Origin: Alphaproteobacteria bacterium
GTDB taxonomy: Bacteria; Pseudomonadota; Alphaproteobacteria; UBA828
Reading direction: 5' to 3'
DNA: 64,000 nucleotides
NCBI GenBank assembly: GCA_963422645.2
Contig: CAXXVO010000004.1
Location: 64,001-128,000, forward strand
Made by a program: the position numbers and the translations under genes. Under the pieces are notes generated by a model. The model was not told the DNA's origin and made no database searches. It saw only the letters and a list, made by a program, of their open reading frames with translations. How positions within the stretch are numbered: position 1 is the stretch's first letter; each line of letters starts with the position of its first letter. Of this stretch, positions 1-9,898 are shown piece by piece.

Positions 1-447
1 TTCCTGGCCTCGTTCCCGTTTCTGGGCCCGGAGCTGGTCTACAGCGATCCGCCCTATCTGCACGCGACCCGGCGTTCGTCGCAGCGCTACCGCTTCGAGT
101 ACGAGGAGGCCGACCACGTCGCGCTCCTCGAACTGCTCAAGGGTCTGCCCTGCCAGGTGATGGTCTCGGGCCACCCGTCTGCGCTCTATGACGAGCTGCT
201 GGCGGGCTGGCGCCGGCTGGCGCTGCAGGTGACGACCCAGGCCCAGGTGCGGACCGAGGTCGTGTGGTTCAACTTCGCGCCTGACCGGGTGCACTGGGCG
301 AGCTTCGCCGGCCGGAACTTCACCGAGCGCCAGTGCATCAAGCGCAAGGCGGCCAACTGGGGCCGGCGCTACGAGGCCATGCCGGCGGGCGAACGCCTGG
401 CGGTGCTGGCCGCGATCATGGCCGTCGAGGCCGACGAGGGTTCGTGA
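1..447 (+). CDS. Dam/D12-class DNA adenine methyltransferase, C-terminal part (5' end outside window)
   Basis: Frame 1 is open from base 1: FLASFPFLGPELVYSDPPYLHATRRSSQRYRFEY...DHVALLELLKGLPCQVMVSG...RTEVVWFNF. DPPY is the N6-adenine MTase catalytic motif IV. Confidence 0.85.
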   Translation, partial: FLASFPFLGPELVYSDPPYLHATRRSSQRYRFEYEEADHVALLELLKGLPCQVMVSGHPSALYDELLAGWRRLALQVTTQAQVRTEVVWFNFAPDRVHWASFAGRNFTERQCIKRKAANWGRRYEAMPAGERLAVLAAIMAVEADEGS

Positions 448-1985
448 CAGTGTCGCGCTGGCACGAGGACCTCGCTGCCCACGACGAGGCCTTCGCGTGC
501 CTGCAGGACCTTTTCACCCCACAATCCTTCGCAATGACCGCCGTCAAAGCCATTCGGGAATGGGGCCAGAGGTTGCTGCGCCTGAGCGCGGCCCTGGTCA
601 AGGAGAACGACGCGCTGGAGCGGGAGAACGCCCGCTTGCGCGAGCGGATCGCCGAACTCGAGCGCAGCGCCGCGCTCGACAGCACCACCAGCTCCAAGCC
701 GCCGGCCAGCGACGGTCTGAAGAAGAAGAGCGGTGACCGGGAGAAGCGCACCCGGAGCCAGCGCGGCAAGTCCGACAGGCCCAGTGGCGGCCAGCCGGGC
801 CACAAGGGAACTACCCTGGAGCGGACCGCGACGCCCGACCATGTCGTCGATCATGATCCGTCCGCCTGTGAGGGCTGCGGCGCGCCGCTGTCGGACGCTG
901 ACCGTCACGGAGCCCCCGTCTGCCGGCAGGTCTTCGATGTGCCCGAGCCGCAGCCCCTCGAGGTCACCGAACATCGCGGCCATCGTTGCCTCTGCGCTGC
1001 CTGCGGCACCGTGACGACAGCCGTCTTCCCGAACGGCGTGAGCGCACCGGTCCAATACGGGCCGCGCATCACCGCGTGGGTGACCTACCTGCTGCACGCT
1101 CAGTTCATTCCCGAGAAGCGGGTCGCCGAGGTCATGAGCGACCTCTTCGCGGTCAAGCTCTCAACAGCCACCATCGTCGCCATGGGAAGGCGCACCGCCC
1201 GGCGCTTCGAGGGCTTCCTCGATCGCCTCGCGGAGATCATCCGCACCGCAGCCCCAGTCAAACACCTCGACGAGACCGGCATCCGCATCGCCGCCCGGAC
1301 CCATTGGCTCCATGTGCTGTGCACCCCGTTGCTCACCATCCTGCGCGTCGCCACCGGGCGCAGCCACATCGACGAGAAGCTCAACGGCATCGTCATCCAT
1401 GACGACTACGCCACCTACTTCGCTCTCGAGGGCGTGCGCCACGGGGCCTGCAACGCCCATCACCTGCGCGAGCTCCAAGCCCTCATCGAGATCGAGAAGG
1501 AAGACTGGGCAACGAGCACGCACCGGCTCCTCATCCGTGCCAACAGAGCCGCCCGCTTCGCCCACAAGAACGACCGCGACGTGCCCGCCTCACTGGTGGC
1601 CCGCATCTCGCGAGCCTGGGACCGCATCCTCGAACGTGCCATCGCCTCTCACGAAGAAATGCCACCGCTCCAGACCGGAAAGCGCGGACGACAAAAGCGC
1701 CGCATCGGTCACAACCTCGCCCTCCGACTCCAGAAGTACAAGGAGGGGTGCCTGCGCTTCCTCACCGATCCGCGAACCCCCTTCTCCAACAACGAGGCCG
1801 AGCGCGACCTCCGAATGGGCAAGCTGCGCCAGAAAATCTCAGGCGGCTTCCGCTCGATACAAGGCGCCCGCGACTTCGCAAACCTGCGATCCGTCATCGC
1901 CACCGCTCGAAAACAGCGCTGGAATGTCCTCGAAACCCTGGCGCACCCCGATCCAATCCAGCTGATCCCCGTATTGCGCTTCTGA
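444..1985 (+). CDS. IS66-family transposase (single-ORF, ISBst12-like)
   Basis: Coiled coil + SSKPPASD, GGQPGHKG, CxxC zinc ribbon, HLDETG, CNAHHLREL, NNEAERDLR, KISGGFRS. Probable GTG start at 444 overlaps the methylase TGA (GTGA). Confidence 0.92.
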   Translation: MTVSRWHEDLAAHDEAFACLQDLFTPQSFAMTAVKAIREWGQRLLRLSAALVKENDALERENARLRERIAELERSAALDSTTSSKPPASDGLKKKSGDREKRTRSQRGKSDRPSGGQPGHKGTTLERTATPDHVVDHDPSACEGCGAPLSDADRHGAPVCRQVFDVPEPQPLEVTEHRGHRCLCAACGTVTTAVFPNGVSAPVQYGPRITAWVTYLLHAQFIPEKRVAEVMSDLFAVKLSTATIVAMGRRTARRFEGFLDRLAEIIRTAAPVKHLDETGIRIAARTHWLHVLCTPLLTILRVATGRSHIDEKLNGIVIHDDYATYFALEGVRHGACNAHHLRELQALIEIEKEDWATSTHRLLIRANRAARFAHKNDRDVPASLVARISRAWDRILERAIASHEEMPPLQTGKRGRQKRRIGHNLALRLQKYKEGCLRFLTDPRTPFSNNEAERDLRMGKLRQKISGGFRSIQGARDFANLRSVIATARKQRWNVLETLAHPDPIQLIPVLRF

Positions 1986-2069
1986 AATCCTGCGCTGCTC
2001 CGGGAAAGCGCCGCCTGACCCCTGGCTGGTCAGAACCATCAATCCATCACGTCCGAGTGCTCGGCAGAA

Positions 2070-2696
2070 TCAGACCTGGGCAGTTACCTTATTGGCAACA
2101 TTTTTCAATCCGCTTTCCAGCACTTGACCACGCGCTTCGGTGTCTGTGAACGTTGCCACGGCCGTCAGCGCCTCGGCCGTGAGCTGCGCGCGGAGTTCAT
2201 CGCGGAAATTATCCCCGATCATCACGTCATTCAGATGGTAAGTCGGGTTCCGGTGATCAACTGTTTCGTCCGCCGTACGCGGTACGAACCACAGACTGAG
2301 GGTTTCACCGGGTTTCTTGACCGAGCCGACGATCGCAACATCGGCGTTCCAGTTATCCAGGGCCGTGCGTGCGCCTTTCCGCATTGCCGGCCGCCACTCG
2401 TCTGCAGCCCCTCGAGCCTTCACGACGCGGGTGGAGCGAACAAGTTCTATGCCTTTGATGTCTCGGAATACTTGCTCGACAGTTTTCGTGTCGGGTCCAC
2501 CGGCATCGTCCTCCAGCCAGCACAGCACGATGCGAAAGCGCTCATTGGATCGCAGCGGCTTGGACCGGAGTCTATTATGGATTGACCGGAATCTATTACA
2601 GATTGCTAGACACACCCGTTGTGGCGATGGCAGGAGGGGACGAAGCCAGTCGATGAGTTTCGCTAACAACTGCATTTCCTCGCGAGCAAATACCAT
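2070..2696 (-). pseudogene. Hypothetical protein truncated by the IS66 right end
   Basis: ORF runs into the IS IR at 2087; the last residues VTAQV and the stop are IS-derived. Confidence 0.55.
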
Positions 2697-2807
2697 AACC
2701 AGTGGAATATCATGCGTCCTCGGTACGCGGCTATCAGACCAGAGTCTGGACGCTCACTCGCACCAACTCCCGCGCTTCCTACCGCCATAGTCCAGCCCGT
2801 GTCCAGC

Positions 2808-2980
2808 TGCGAGTCTACCATGGGCTGCGCGTCAAACACCTCCAAATCTACCTTGATGGGTTCATTTTTCGCTTCAAACGGCGCCGAAATCGCCTCGCCG
2901 CCTTCCAGCCATGCTTCGACAGGCCATCCGCATCTGGCCTCGCCCCTACGACATCCTCATCAAGCCGGAAATCAGCGTAT
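2808..2980 (+). pseudogene. IS1595-family transposase C-terminal remnant
   Basis: VYHGLRVKHLQIYLDGFIFRFKRRRN resembles the IS1595 motif YHG...KHLQ.YLDEF.FRFNRR. Boundaries approximate. Confidence 0.7.
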
Positions 2981-3010
2981 GAGGAAATTCAACACATAGT
3001 CTCGCCGATA

Positions 3011-6000
3011 TCATTCCACATCTTCTTTTTCGCGCACTCGTCGGAAAATTTCCCTGGCAAGATGTTTGTGCGCGGTCGAGCGGAACCCGGCGTCCATCAT
3101 CACTCTGGAGAATATATCCTCGTTGCCCTCCATCCGTGCGATGAACAGCTCGTCGAGAATGCGATCCAGATAGGCGGAAAAGTCGGCCAGGTTGTTGGCG
3201 CGCGCCGCCTCCGCGATGCTATCGTCATTTTCCGCCGAGACCCTTATCTGGTCGAAGAACAGCTGATCCGCCCCGTTGAAATCGGTGCCGAAACGCTCAT
3301 TGAGGTGGTCGATCAGGCTGGAAAGCGTCACCTCCGCGTCCTTGGCGCCGGCCGTGCCGACATCCGTCGGCCCTTTCAGAGGATCGGCCTCGCCCTCCGA
3401 GAGGTCGATGGAACCCTCGGACATCTGCTGAAGCCGGAAGAACCGCAGCGCCACCTCATCATCCAGAGCAAACGCCTGGCCATCGCCCGGCGGCGGGAGC
3501 TTCGCCAGAAGGTTCCTCACGAAGGCGTAGAGACGTTCAAGATCGCTGTCCTGGTAGGGAATGATCTGGGAGAGGAAAGCGTAGAGGTTTCGATAGGCCT
3601 TCAGCTGGCCGCGAAACTCCTCTCGCTCATCCTCCTCGCGATCCCGGAACCGCCGAACGACACCATCGAGAACGGCATTCATCGTCCGATGATCGCTCGC
3701 CGAGTGGTCGCGCCTGGCGCGATACCAGGTTTTGGCGAAGGCGGTCACATCGACCGGCGTGAAGATCGCTCGTTCAAGCAGACGATGTTGCAGCTCCGAC
3801 AGGCGCTGTGGATCGGCGTTCTCGCCGACAGGCGTCGTCTCGTAGTAGGGTTTGAATGCCTTGTAGACATCTTCTTCCTCGTTGGCGAAATCGAGGACGA
3901 AGGTGCGCGACTTGCCGGGCGCGATGCGGTTGAGCCTCGAGAGCGTCTGAACCGCCTGAACGCCGGCCAGCCGCTTCACCACATACATTGTCTGCAGCAA
4001 GGGTTGATCGAAGCCGGTCTGATACTTCTCCGCGACCAGCAGCACCCGGTAATCGTCGCGACCGAAGGTCTCCGGGAGTTCGCTCTCGGCAAGACCGTCG
4101 TTCATCGCCACTTCGGTCCAAGACGATCCGGCGGCGTCCGGATCCTCGACCGTCCCCGAGAAGGCCACCAGCGAACGGATACCGCTGTAGCCCTGCTCCT
4201 CGATGTAGCGATCGAATGCGAGTTTGTATCTCACGGCGGCAAGACGGGAGCCTGTGACGACCATGGCCTTCGAGCGCCCGCCGAGCTCATGCATCACGTA
4301 GAGCCGGAAATGCTCGACGATGACGGAAACGACCTGCTCGATATTGACGGGATGAAGCTCCAGGTAGCGGGTAAGGGCCTTTGCAGCCTCCCTGTGCGGC
4401 ACATCCGGATCGTCCTCGATCTGCTTGATCAGGCCGAAGAAGCGTTTGTAGGTCGTGTAGCTCTGAAGCACATCCATGACAAAGCCTTCCTCGATGGCTT
4501 GCCGCAGGGTGTACTCATGGAAGGGCGATGCGCCGGTCGGGCCGGGCTCGTCGAACAGGGCCTTGGTCTTGAATTTCGGCGTAGCCGTGAAAGCAAAGAA
4601 GCTGAGGTTCGGTTGCCGGGCGCGCTGCAGCGCGTCGCGCAGCACCGTTGCCTTCGCGTCGTCGGAAAGGTCGTCGTCCTCCTCTTCGGAGAGCTGCGCG
4701 GCAATCGCCGCCTCGATGCCTTCCTTGTTCAGCATGCCCTTGAGAGCGGTCGCGGTCTCGCCGCTCTGGGACGAATGCGCCTCATCGACGATGACGGCGA
4801 AGCGCTTGTCCGCCGTGTCGATCTTCACCCCGGAGCCCTTCTTCTCAAGGGTCGATAGCGCTTGGCTGATGAAGGGAAATTTCTGGATCGTCGTGATGAC
4901 GACGGGCGTGCCCTGGGATAGCGCTTTGACGAGCTGTCGGGTGTCCTCGTCGATCCTCTCGACCACGCCGATCTTGTGCTCGAACTGATAGATCGTCGCC
5001 TGCAACTGCTGATCGAGCACGCGCCGGTCGGTCACCACGATGACGGAGTGAAACACTTTCTCATCGTGATCGTCATGCAGGCCGGCCAGCCTGTGCGCGA
5101 GCCAGGCGATCGAGTTCGATTTGCCCGAACCGGCCGAATGCTGAATCAGGTAGTTCCGACCCGCGCCATGGGCCTTGGCGTGCGCGACCAGCTTCCGAAC
5201 TGCATCGATCTGGTGATAGCGCGGAAAGATCATCGTTTCCTTCCGCACGGTGCGCACGCCCTTGTCGCTCCCGACCTGCCTCTCCTTCACCTCGAGATGC
5301 ATGAAGCGTTGCAGGATTTCCAGAAGGCTGTCGGCCGCCAGGACCTCGTCCCAGAGGTAATGGGTCTTCCAGTTCCCCTCGACAGGAGGATTGCCCGCCC
5401 CGTGGTCGTTGCCTCGGTTGAAGGGCAGGAAAAAGGTCTCCCTACCCTTCAGCTGCGTGGTCATCCACACCTCGTCCGGGTCCACGGCGAAATGGACCAG
5501 GGCGCGCTTCTTGAAGGCAAAGAGAAGATCGCGTTCGTCCCGCTCGTCCGCATATTGGCGCATCGCGTCGGCGGCGCGCTGTCCGGTCAGCGGGTTCTTG
5601 AGTTCGGCAGTGACGACCGGGATGCCGTTGACGGCCAAGGTCACGTCGATGATGCAGCGGCGGTTCTTGCCGTCGGCCTTCTTCCTGACCGAGGTAAAGG
5701 CGACCTGGCGCGTGATGGTCAGCCGGTTACTGGCATAGTTCTCCGCTGCCTCGGGATTCATCCTTGTGTTCGGCTGGAACCAGGCCATGCGAAAGGTCTT
5801 GCCGTAGCATTTGAAGCCGTGGCGCAGGACATGAAGTGCGCCCTTGGACTCCAACTCCTTCGCGAGGCCGTCCAGCACGGTCGCAGGCGTCTTCGGCCCG
5901 AGCAGCGCCTCCAACGCCTCCCACCTGGCCGGTTGGCTATCCTTCAGGAAGCCGATGATATCGTCGGGGAAAAGGGCAAGCCCCTCGTCCCAGGCGCTCG

Positions 6001-6082
6001 GGCCGCGCTTCTCATAGCCGCCGGAGCCGGTCAGCCCGGCTTCGATCGCTGTCTCGAAATCGCGCTCGGTATGGCCGGTCAT
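3011..6082 (-). CDS. hsdR: Type I restriction enzyme R subunit
   Basis: 1023 aa; nuclease motif DVTLAVNGIPVVTAELKNP, Walker A HSAGSGKS, DEAH, FTATP, QTGFDQP, VQTLSRLNR. Confidence 0.95.
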   Translation of the reverse strand: MTGHTERDFETAIEAGLTGSGGYEKRGPSAWDEGLALFPDDIIGFLKDSQPARWEALEALLGPKTPATVLDGLAKELESKGALHVLRHGFKCYGKTFRMAWFQPNTRMNPEAAENYASNRLTITRQVAFTSVRKKADGKNRRCIIDVTLAVNGIPVVTAELKNPLTGQRAADAMRQYADERDERDLLFAFKKRALVHFAVDPDEVWMTTQLKGRETFFLPFNRGNDHGAGNPPVEGNWKTHYLWDEVLAADSLLEILQRFMHLEVKERQVGSDKGVRTVRKETMIFPRYHQIDAVRKLVAHAKAHGAGRNYLIQHSAGSGKSNSIAWLAHRLAGLHDDHDEKVFHSVIVVTDRRVLDQQLQATIYQFEHKIGVVERIDEDTRQLVKALSQGTPVVITTIQKFPFISQALSTLEKKGSGVKIDTADKRFAVIVDEAHSSQSGETATALKGMLNKEGIEAAIAAQLSEEEDDDLSDDAKATVLRDALQRARQPNLSFFAFTATPKFKTKALFDEPGPTGASPFHEYTLRQAIEEGFVMDVLQSYTTYKRFFGLIKQIEDDPDVPHREAAKALTRYLELHPVNIEQVVSVIVEHFRLYVMHELGGRSKAMVVTGSRLAAVRYKLAFDRYIEEQGYSGIRSLVAFSGTVEDPDAAGSSWTEVAMNDGLAESELPETFGRDDYRVLLVAEKYQTGFDQPLLQTMYVVKRLAGVQAVQTLSRLNRIAPGKSRTFVLDFANEEEDVYKAFKPYYETTPVGENADPQRLSELQHRLLERAIFTPVDVTAFAKTWYRARRDHSASDHRTMNAVLDGVVRRFRDREEDEREEFRGQLKAYRNLYAFLSQIIPYQDSDLERLYAFVRNLLAKLPPPGDGQAFALDDEVALRFFRLQQMSEGSIDLSEGEADPLKGPTDVGTAGAKDAEVTLSSLIDHLNERFGTDFNGADQLFFDQIRVSAENDDSIAEAARANNLADFSAYLDRILDELFIARMEGNEDIFSRVMMDAGFRSTAHKHLAREIFRRVREKEDVE

Positions 6083-6153
6083 GGATCAGGCCTCGCGTGC
6101 GGAAACGTCGGGAGGGGCGCCGGAAGGCTCGAAACGTGTCGCGGCATCACAAA

Positions 6154-7470
6154 TCATCTCAGCTCCGGAAGCTGTCCCGTGACGGCGGCCGTGATCAATG
6201 CCGAGCGGTATTCCAGAAGTCTGTCGACAGACTGTGCGATCAGTGCGCGCTGCTCATCAAGCCGTGCCGTCTTGTCATCCAGAAACCGCGCGATCCGCCG
6301 CTGCGTGTCGAGCGGGGGAAGCGGGAGCGGTTGATGGCCTACAATCTCCCAATCCGCACGGGGCATCTTGGTCCCGAAAGTCTCCGCGTTGATCGCGTCG
6401 ATGAAGACTTTGGAGGCAAGCAGGTAGAAGAGAAAGCGTGGCTCAACGTCATGCGATGGCCGCAAGCAAAGCAACTCTCCTGAGCTCACTCCGTCGAATG
6501 TCGCGTGATAGACCTTGGCAAGATAAGGGCGGAGCTTGTTGAAAAGAACATCATTTTCCTGAAATGTCCTGCTGTCCGCCTCAGCCGGTTTCGGATTCTC
6601 GATCAGGAGTTCCCCGGTCCAAGACGCGATATCCTCATTGGAAATGTATGGAAGGACCTCTTGCTCCTCTGCTGTCGGGCGCTTCGTGGACAGATCAACA
6701 GACCACTTCAGCCAGTTTCTGTCCCAACCTTCCGGGGCTTGTGCCGCCCATTCAGGTAGCTCATCGCTGCACGCGAAGTAGCTCACCCCACCAACCCCTT
6801 CAGCAGCTTCGCTATTTCTCCCTTCGAGCTTGGCGGTATCTGCCTTGATGCCTCTTGTAACGGCGCGGGTTATGAGAGCTTGGCGTTTCTCGGCCAGCCG
6901 GTCCATGAGCGCGCGCTTTTTCTCGATCAGCTCGTCGATCCGCGCCGTCTTGTCATCCAGGAACCGCGCAATCCGCCGCTGCGTGTCGAGCGGGGGCCAT
7001 TTCCAGGGGAGCTTCAGGATGTCGGAAGGGTTTACTCGCTGGTGAGAACGCGTCACGGACTGAACGATGGCGGATAGCCGTTCTGTGACTTTTTCACTGC
7101 ACCAGAGATAGTACGCGTAGTGACGGTCCATCTCTTCTGAACATATCGCGACAAACTCGCCGGAAGCGAGCGTAGGATACTCTGAATGAGGTTCTGCGAT
7201 GCAAATCGTCTTCTTTCGCGGATTCAGTTTTGAGACCAGCAGTGTTTGGGCATCAATTAGGAGTTTGCTGCTATCGATATCACTTGCTGGCTCGATGAGA
7301 GGCCCGCCCGTCTCTTCAACTTGGGGAATAGAATAGTGCGCGACGAGGTCATCGCCGAACTTATCGGGATTAACTGTTACGCGATATCGACTGCAAAGAA
7401 AGTCGGCCCGCTTCTCTGTCCAAGTAGCCGGCAGATCACTTAGCCAACGCTGTTCAAACTCGTCGCTCAT
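6154..7470 (-). CDS. hsdS: Type I R-M specificity subunit
   Basis: Two variable, lower-GC TRDs, each followed by PPLDTQRRIARFLDDKTAR; ends LITAAVTG; start overlaps the hsdM stop. Confidence 0.93.
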   Translation of the reverse strand: MSDEFEQRWLSDLPATWTEKRADFLCSRYRVTVNPDKFGDDLVAHYSIPQVEETGGPLIEPASDIDSSKLLIDAQTLLVSKLNPRKKTICIAEPHSEYPTLASGEFVAICSEEMDRHYAYYLWCSEKVTERLSAIVQSVTRSHQRVNPSDILKLPWKWPPLDTQRRIARFLDDKTARIDELIEKKRALMDRLAEKRQALITRAVTRGIKADTAKLEGRNSEAAEGVGGVSYFACSDELPEWAAQAPEGWDRNWLKWSVDLSTKRPTAEEQEVLPYISNEDIASWTGELLIENPKPAEADSRTFQENDVLFNKLRPYLAKVYHATFDGVSSGELLCLRPSHDVEPRFLFYLLASKVFIDAINAETFGTKMPRADWEIVGHQPLPLPPLDTQRRIARFLDDKTARLDEQRALIAQSVDRLLEYRSALITAAVTGQLPELR

Positions 7471-9644
7471 GCTACCGGCCCGTCTAGGAGCCCGGCGATC
7501 TCCCCTTCCAGCTTGGTGATGTCCGCCTCGATCTCGTCGAGGGGCCGCGGCGGCTTGTAGACGTAGAAATGCCGGTTGATCGGGATTTCGTATCCGATCT
7601 TTGTTTTGCCGTAATCCACCCAGGCGTCGGGCACATGGGGCAGCACCTCGCGTGCGATATAGGCATCGATGTCGCCCCGGAAGGCCTCAACCAACCGGTC
7701 GTTGGGTTTGTCCGGCCCGAAGTCCATCGGCAGAGGCAGCACCGTTCCGGGCGGCAAGGGGATGTTCTCGGTGTCCCGAAGCTCGCTGTCGGGTTCCGGC
7801 CGCCCCTTGCTGTCCCGACAAACCTCGGCGTTCGGGTCGCGCTCTCCCAAGGCAGCGAAGATCGCCTTCTTGATCGGGTTGGGAATTTTGAGGCCGACGA
7901 TCTTCGCATCCTTCATCACATCGGCTTCGAATGCCTTCCGGTCCATGTAGCGCCCATTACCTTCGAGCGTCGCGAGCACGGCGCGGATGGCCTCCTGCTG
8001 CTTTCGCCCCTCCTCGATTTCGCGTTCGGCCGCCGCCGCGTCCTTCCACTTCTTCGATGTCGCCAGATTCACGAAGGCTCTCTGTTCGTCGAGCTTCGCG
8101 ATGCGCTCGGGTGTGGCCTCGAAGTTCAGGCGCAAGGGGCGTTCGACCGTAACCTTGAGAAAGCCGAACTCCCGGTTCTCGAAGATGCGGGAAATCACGC
8201 GGGTCTCGGTCTGGCCATCGATTCGAACCTCGGCCGTCTCGCCGTCCCGACAGTTGCCATAGACTCGGGTGAGATGGCGGATCTGCTCCTCGGCGATCTC
8301 GTTGCGCTTGTTGTTGAGGCTCTTCTTCATCTTCCGGAAGAAGCGGGCGCCGTCGATGAGCTGCACCTTGCCGCGCCGCTCGGGCGGCTTGCGGTTCGTC
8401 ACGAGCCAGACATAGGTGAAGATGCCGGTGTTGTAGAAGAGCTGATCTGGCAACGCCACGATGGCATCGAGCCAGTCTTTCTCGATGATCCAGCGGCGGA
8501 TATTGGACGGCCCCGATCCGGCGTCACCCGAGAAGAGCGGCGATCCGTTGAAGACGATGGCGATCTTTGATCCCGGCCGGTCCTCGTCTCCCTCCGCGTA
8601 GGGGTGCATCTTGGCAATCATGTGCTGAAGGAAGAGGAGAGAGCCATCGTTGATGGCCGGGAGGCCGGCGCCGAACCGGCCCGAGAGGCCCAGGGTCCTG
8701 TGCTCGCGCCTGACCGCCGCCTTCTGGTCCTTCCATTCGACGCCGAATGGCGGGTTGGCCATCAGGTAGTGAAAGCGTTCTTCCTCGAAGCCGTCACCGG
8801 TCTTGCCGTCGCCCAGGGTGTCGCCGAGCACGATGTTGGCCGTGTCCTCGTCCTTGATGAGCATGTCGGAGCAGCAGATGGCCCAGGACTCGTCGTTGTA
8901 CTCCTGGCCGAAGAGCGCCAGCTCCGCCCGCTCGTTCTGCGAGAGGATCAGCTTCTCGGATTCGGACAGCATCCCGCCGGTTCCGCACGCCGGATCGTAG
9001 ATCGTGCGATAGATGCCGGGCCGATAGACATCCTGTTCGCCGGTGTAGACGAGGTTCGCCATCAGGCGGATGACCTCGCGAGGCGTGAAGTGGTCCCCGG
9101 CCTCCTCGTTGGCCTGTTCGTTGAAGCGCATCACCAGATGCTCGAACAGATAGCCCATCTGGAGGTTGTCGATCCGGTCGGGGTGAAGATCGACATCGGC
9201 CATCGCCTTGACGACCGTGAAGAGACGGTTGTTGTCGTCGAGCTTTTCGATCTGGTCGGCGAACTTGAAACGCTCGAAGATGCGCCGCGCCGTCGGAGAG
9301 AAGCCGTTGATGTACGACACGAGATTGGGTGCGATGTTCTCGGCGTCGCCCAGCAGCCGGGCGAAGCTGTAGGGGCTCGTGTTGTAGAGCGGATGCTTGC
9401 GCCGGGGGTCGGCCGCCTTGCCGAGCAGACGGTCCGTTGCCGCTGCGGGCATCCGCTGCGCCTCCAACTCGTCCCGCCGATTCAGAACGGCATCCCTGGT
9501 CGGCTCCAGAACGCAATCGAGCCGCCGCAAGACGACCATGGGAAGCATGACAAAGCGATATTGGGGCGGGCGGTACGGTCCTCTGAGCCGGTTCGCGATT
9601 TCCCAGATCTTGGCTTTCAGTTCTTCGTGTGCCTGTACGTTCAT
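7467..9644 (-). CDS. hsdM: Type I R-M methyltransferase subunit
   Basis: IWEIANRLRG, GDHFTPREV, YDPACGTGGML, ANPPF, FYNTGI, GYEIPINRHFY. Confidence 0.95.
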   Translation of the reverse strand: MNVQAHEELKAKIWEIANRLRGPYRPPQYRFVMLPMVVLRRLDCVLEPTRDAVLNRRDELEAQRMPAAATDRLLGKAADPRRKHPLYNTSPYSFARLLGDAENIAPNLVSYINGFSPTARRIFERFKFADQIEKLDDNNRLFTVVKAMADVDLHPDRIDNLQMGYLFEHLVMRFNEQANEEAGDHFTPREVIRLMANLVYTGEQDVYRPGIYRTIYDPACGTGGMLSESEKLILSQNERAELALFGQEYNDESWAICCSDMLIKDEDTANIVLGDTLGDGKTGDGFEEERFHYLMANPPFGVEWKDQKAAVRREHRTLGLSGRFGAGLPAINDGSLLFLQHMIAKMHPYAEGDEDRPGSKIAIVFNGSPLFSGDAGSGPSNIRRWIIEKDWLDAIVALPDQLFYNTGIFTYVWLVTNRKPPERRGKVQLIDGARFFRKMKKSLNNKRNEIAEEQIRHLTRVYGNCRDGETAEVRIDGQTETRVISRIFENREFGFLKVTVERPLRLNFEATPERIAKLDEQRAFVNLATSKKWKDAAAAEREIEEGRKQQEAIRAVLATLEGNGRYMDRKAFEADVMKDAKIVGLKIPNPIKKAIFAALGERDPNAEVCRDSKGRPEPDSELRDTENIPLPPGTVLPLPMDFGPDKPNDRLVEAFRGDIDAYIAREVLPHVPDAWVDYGKTKIGYEIPINRHFYVYKPPRPLDEIEADITKLEGEIAGLLDGPVA

Positions 9645-9898
9645 GGGCTGTCTTTCGAGTACATCTGCTCGGTCTGCGGTCTGTGTTCACGCCGCGGCCG
9701 GGAGGCGACGTTTGCCGGTCAGGCCATGAGAGCCGGAGTGGGGTCGTCGGAATCTTCTGGCGGCAGTCGGCAAATCGCCGTCGTTTTCCAGTACGCGGGC
9801 ATCGGGAGCCTGGCGCCGGAGGCCTGAGGACGGCGTCACGTCCTCAACGAAATGCTGGCGCATGAGCACACCCTGGCCGGGCTCTGGAAAGGTTGCTG

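Larger units (their letters stand above)
1..2087 (+). mobile_element. IS66-family element, right part; terminal IR ends at 2087
   Basis: GACCTGGGCAGTTAC at 2073-2087 is identical to the end of the IS66 at 62512-62526. Left end lies outside the window or is not recognised. Confidence 0.75.

Noticed and set aside
2088-2095. Shared CTTAT flank of the two ISBst12-like elements as target specificity
   Set aside because: Only two sites, adjoining opposite ends of their elements; simple AT preference explains it.
6266-6996. 53-bp direct repeat in hsdS (6266-6318 / 6944-6996) as a shufflon
   Set aside because: Normal conserved-region duplication of HsdS; direct orientation, no spare TRDs or adjacent invertase.
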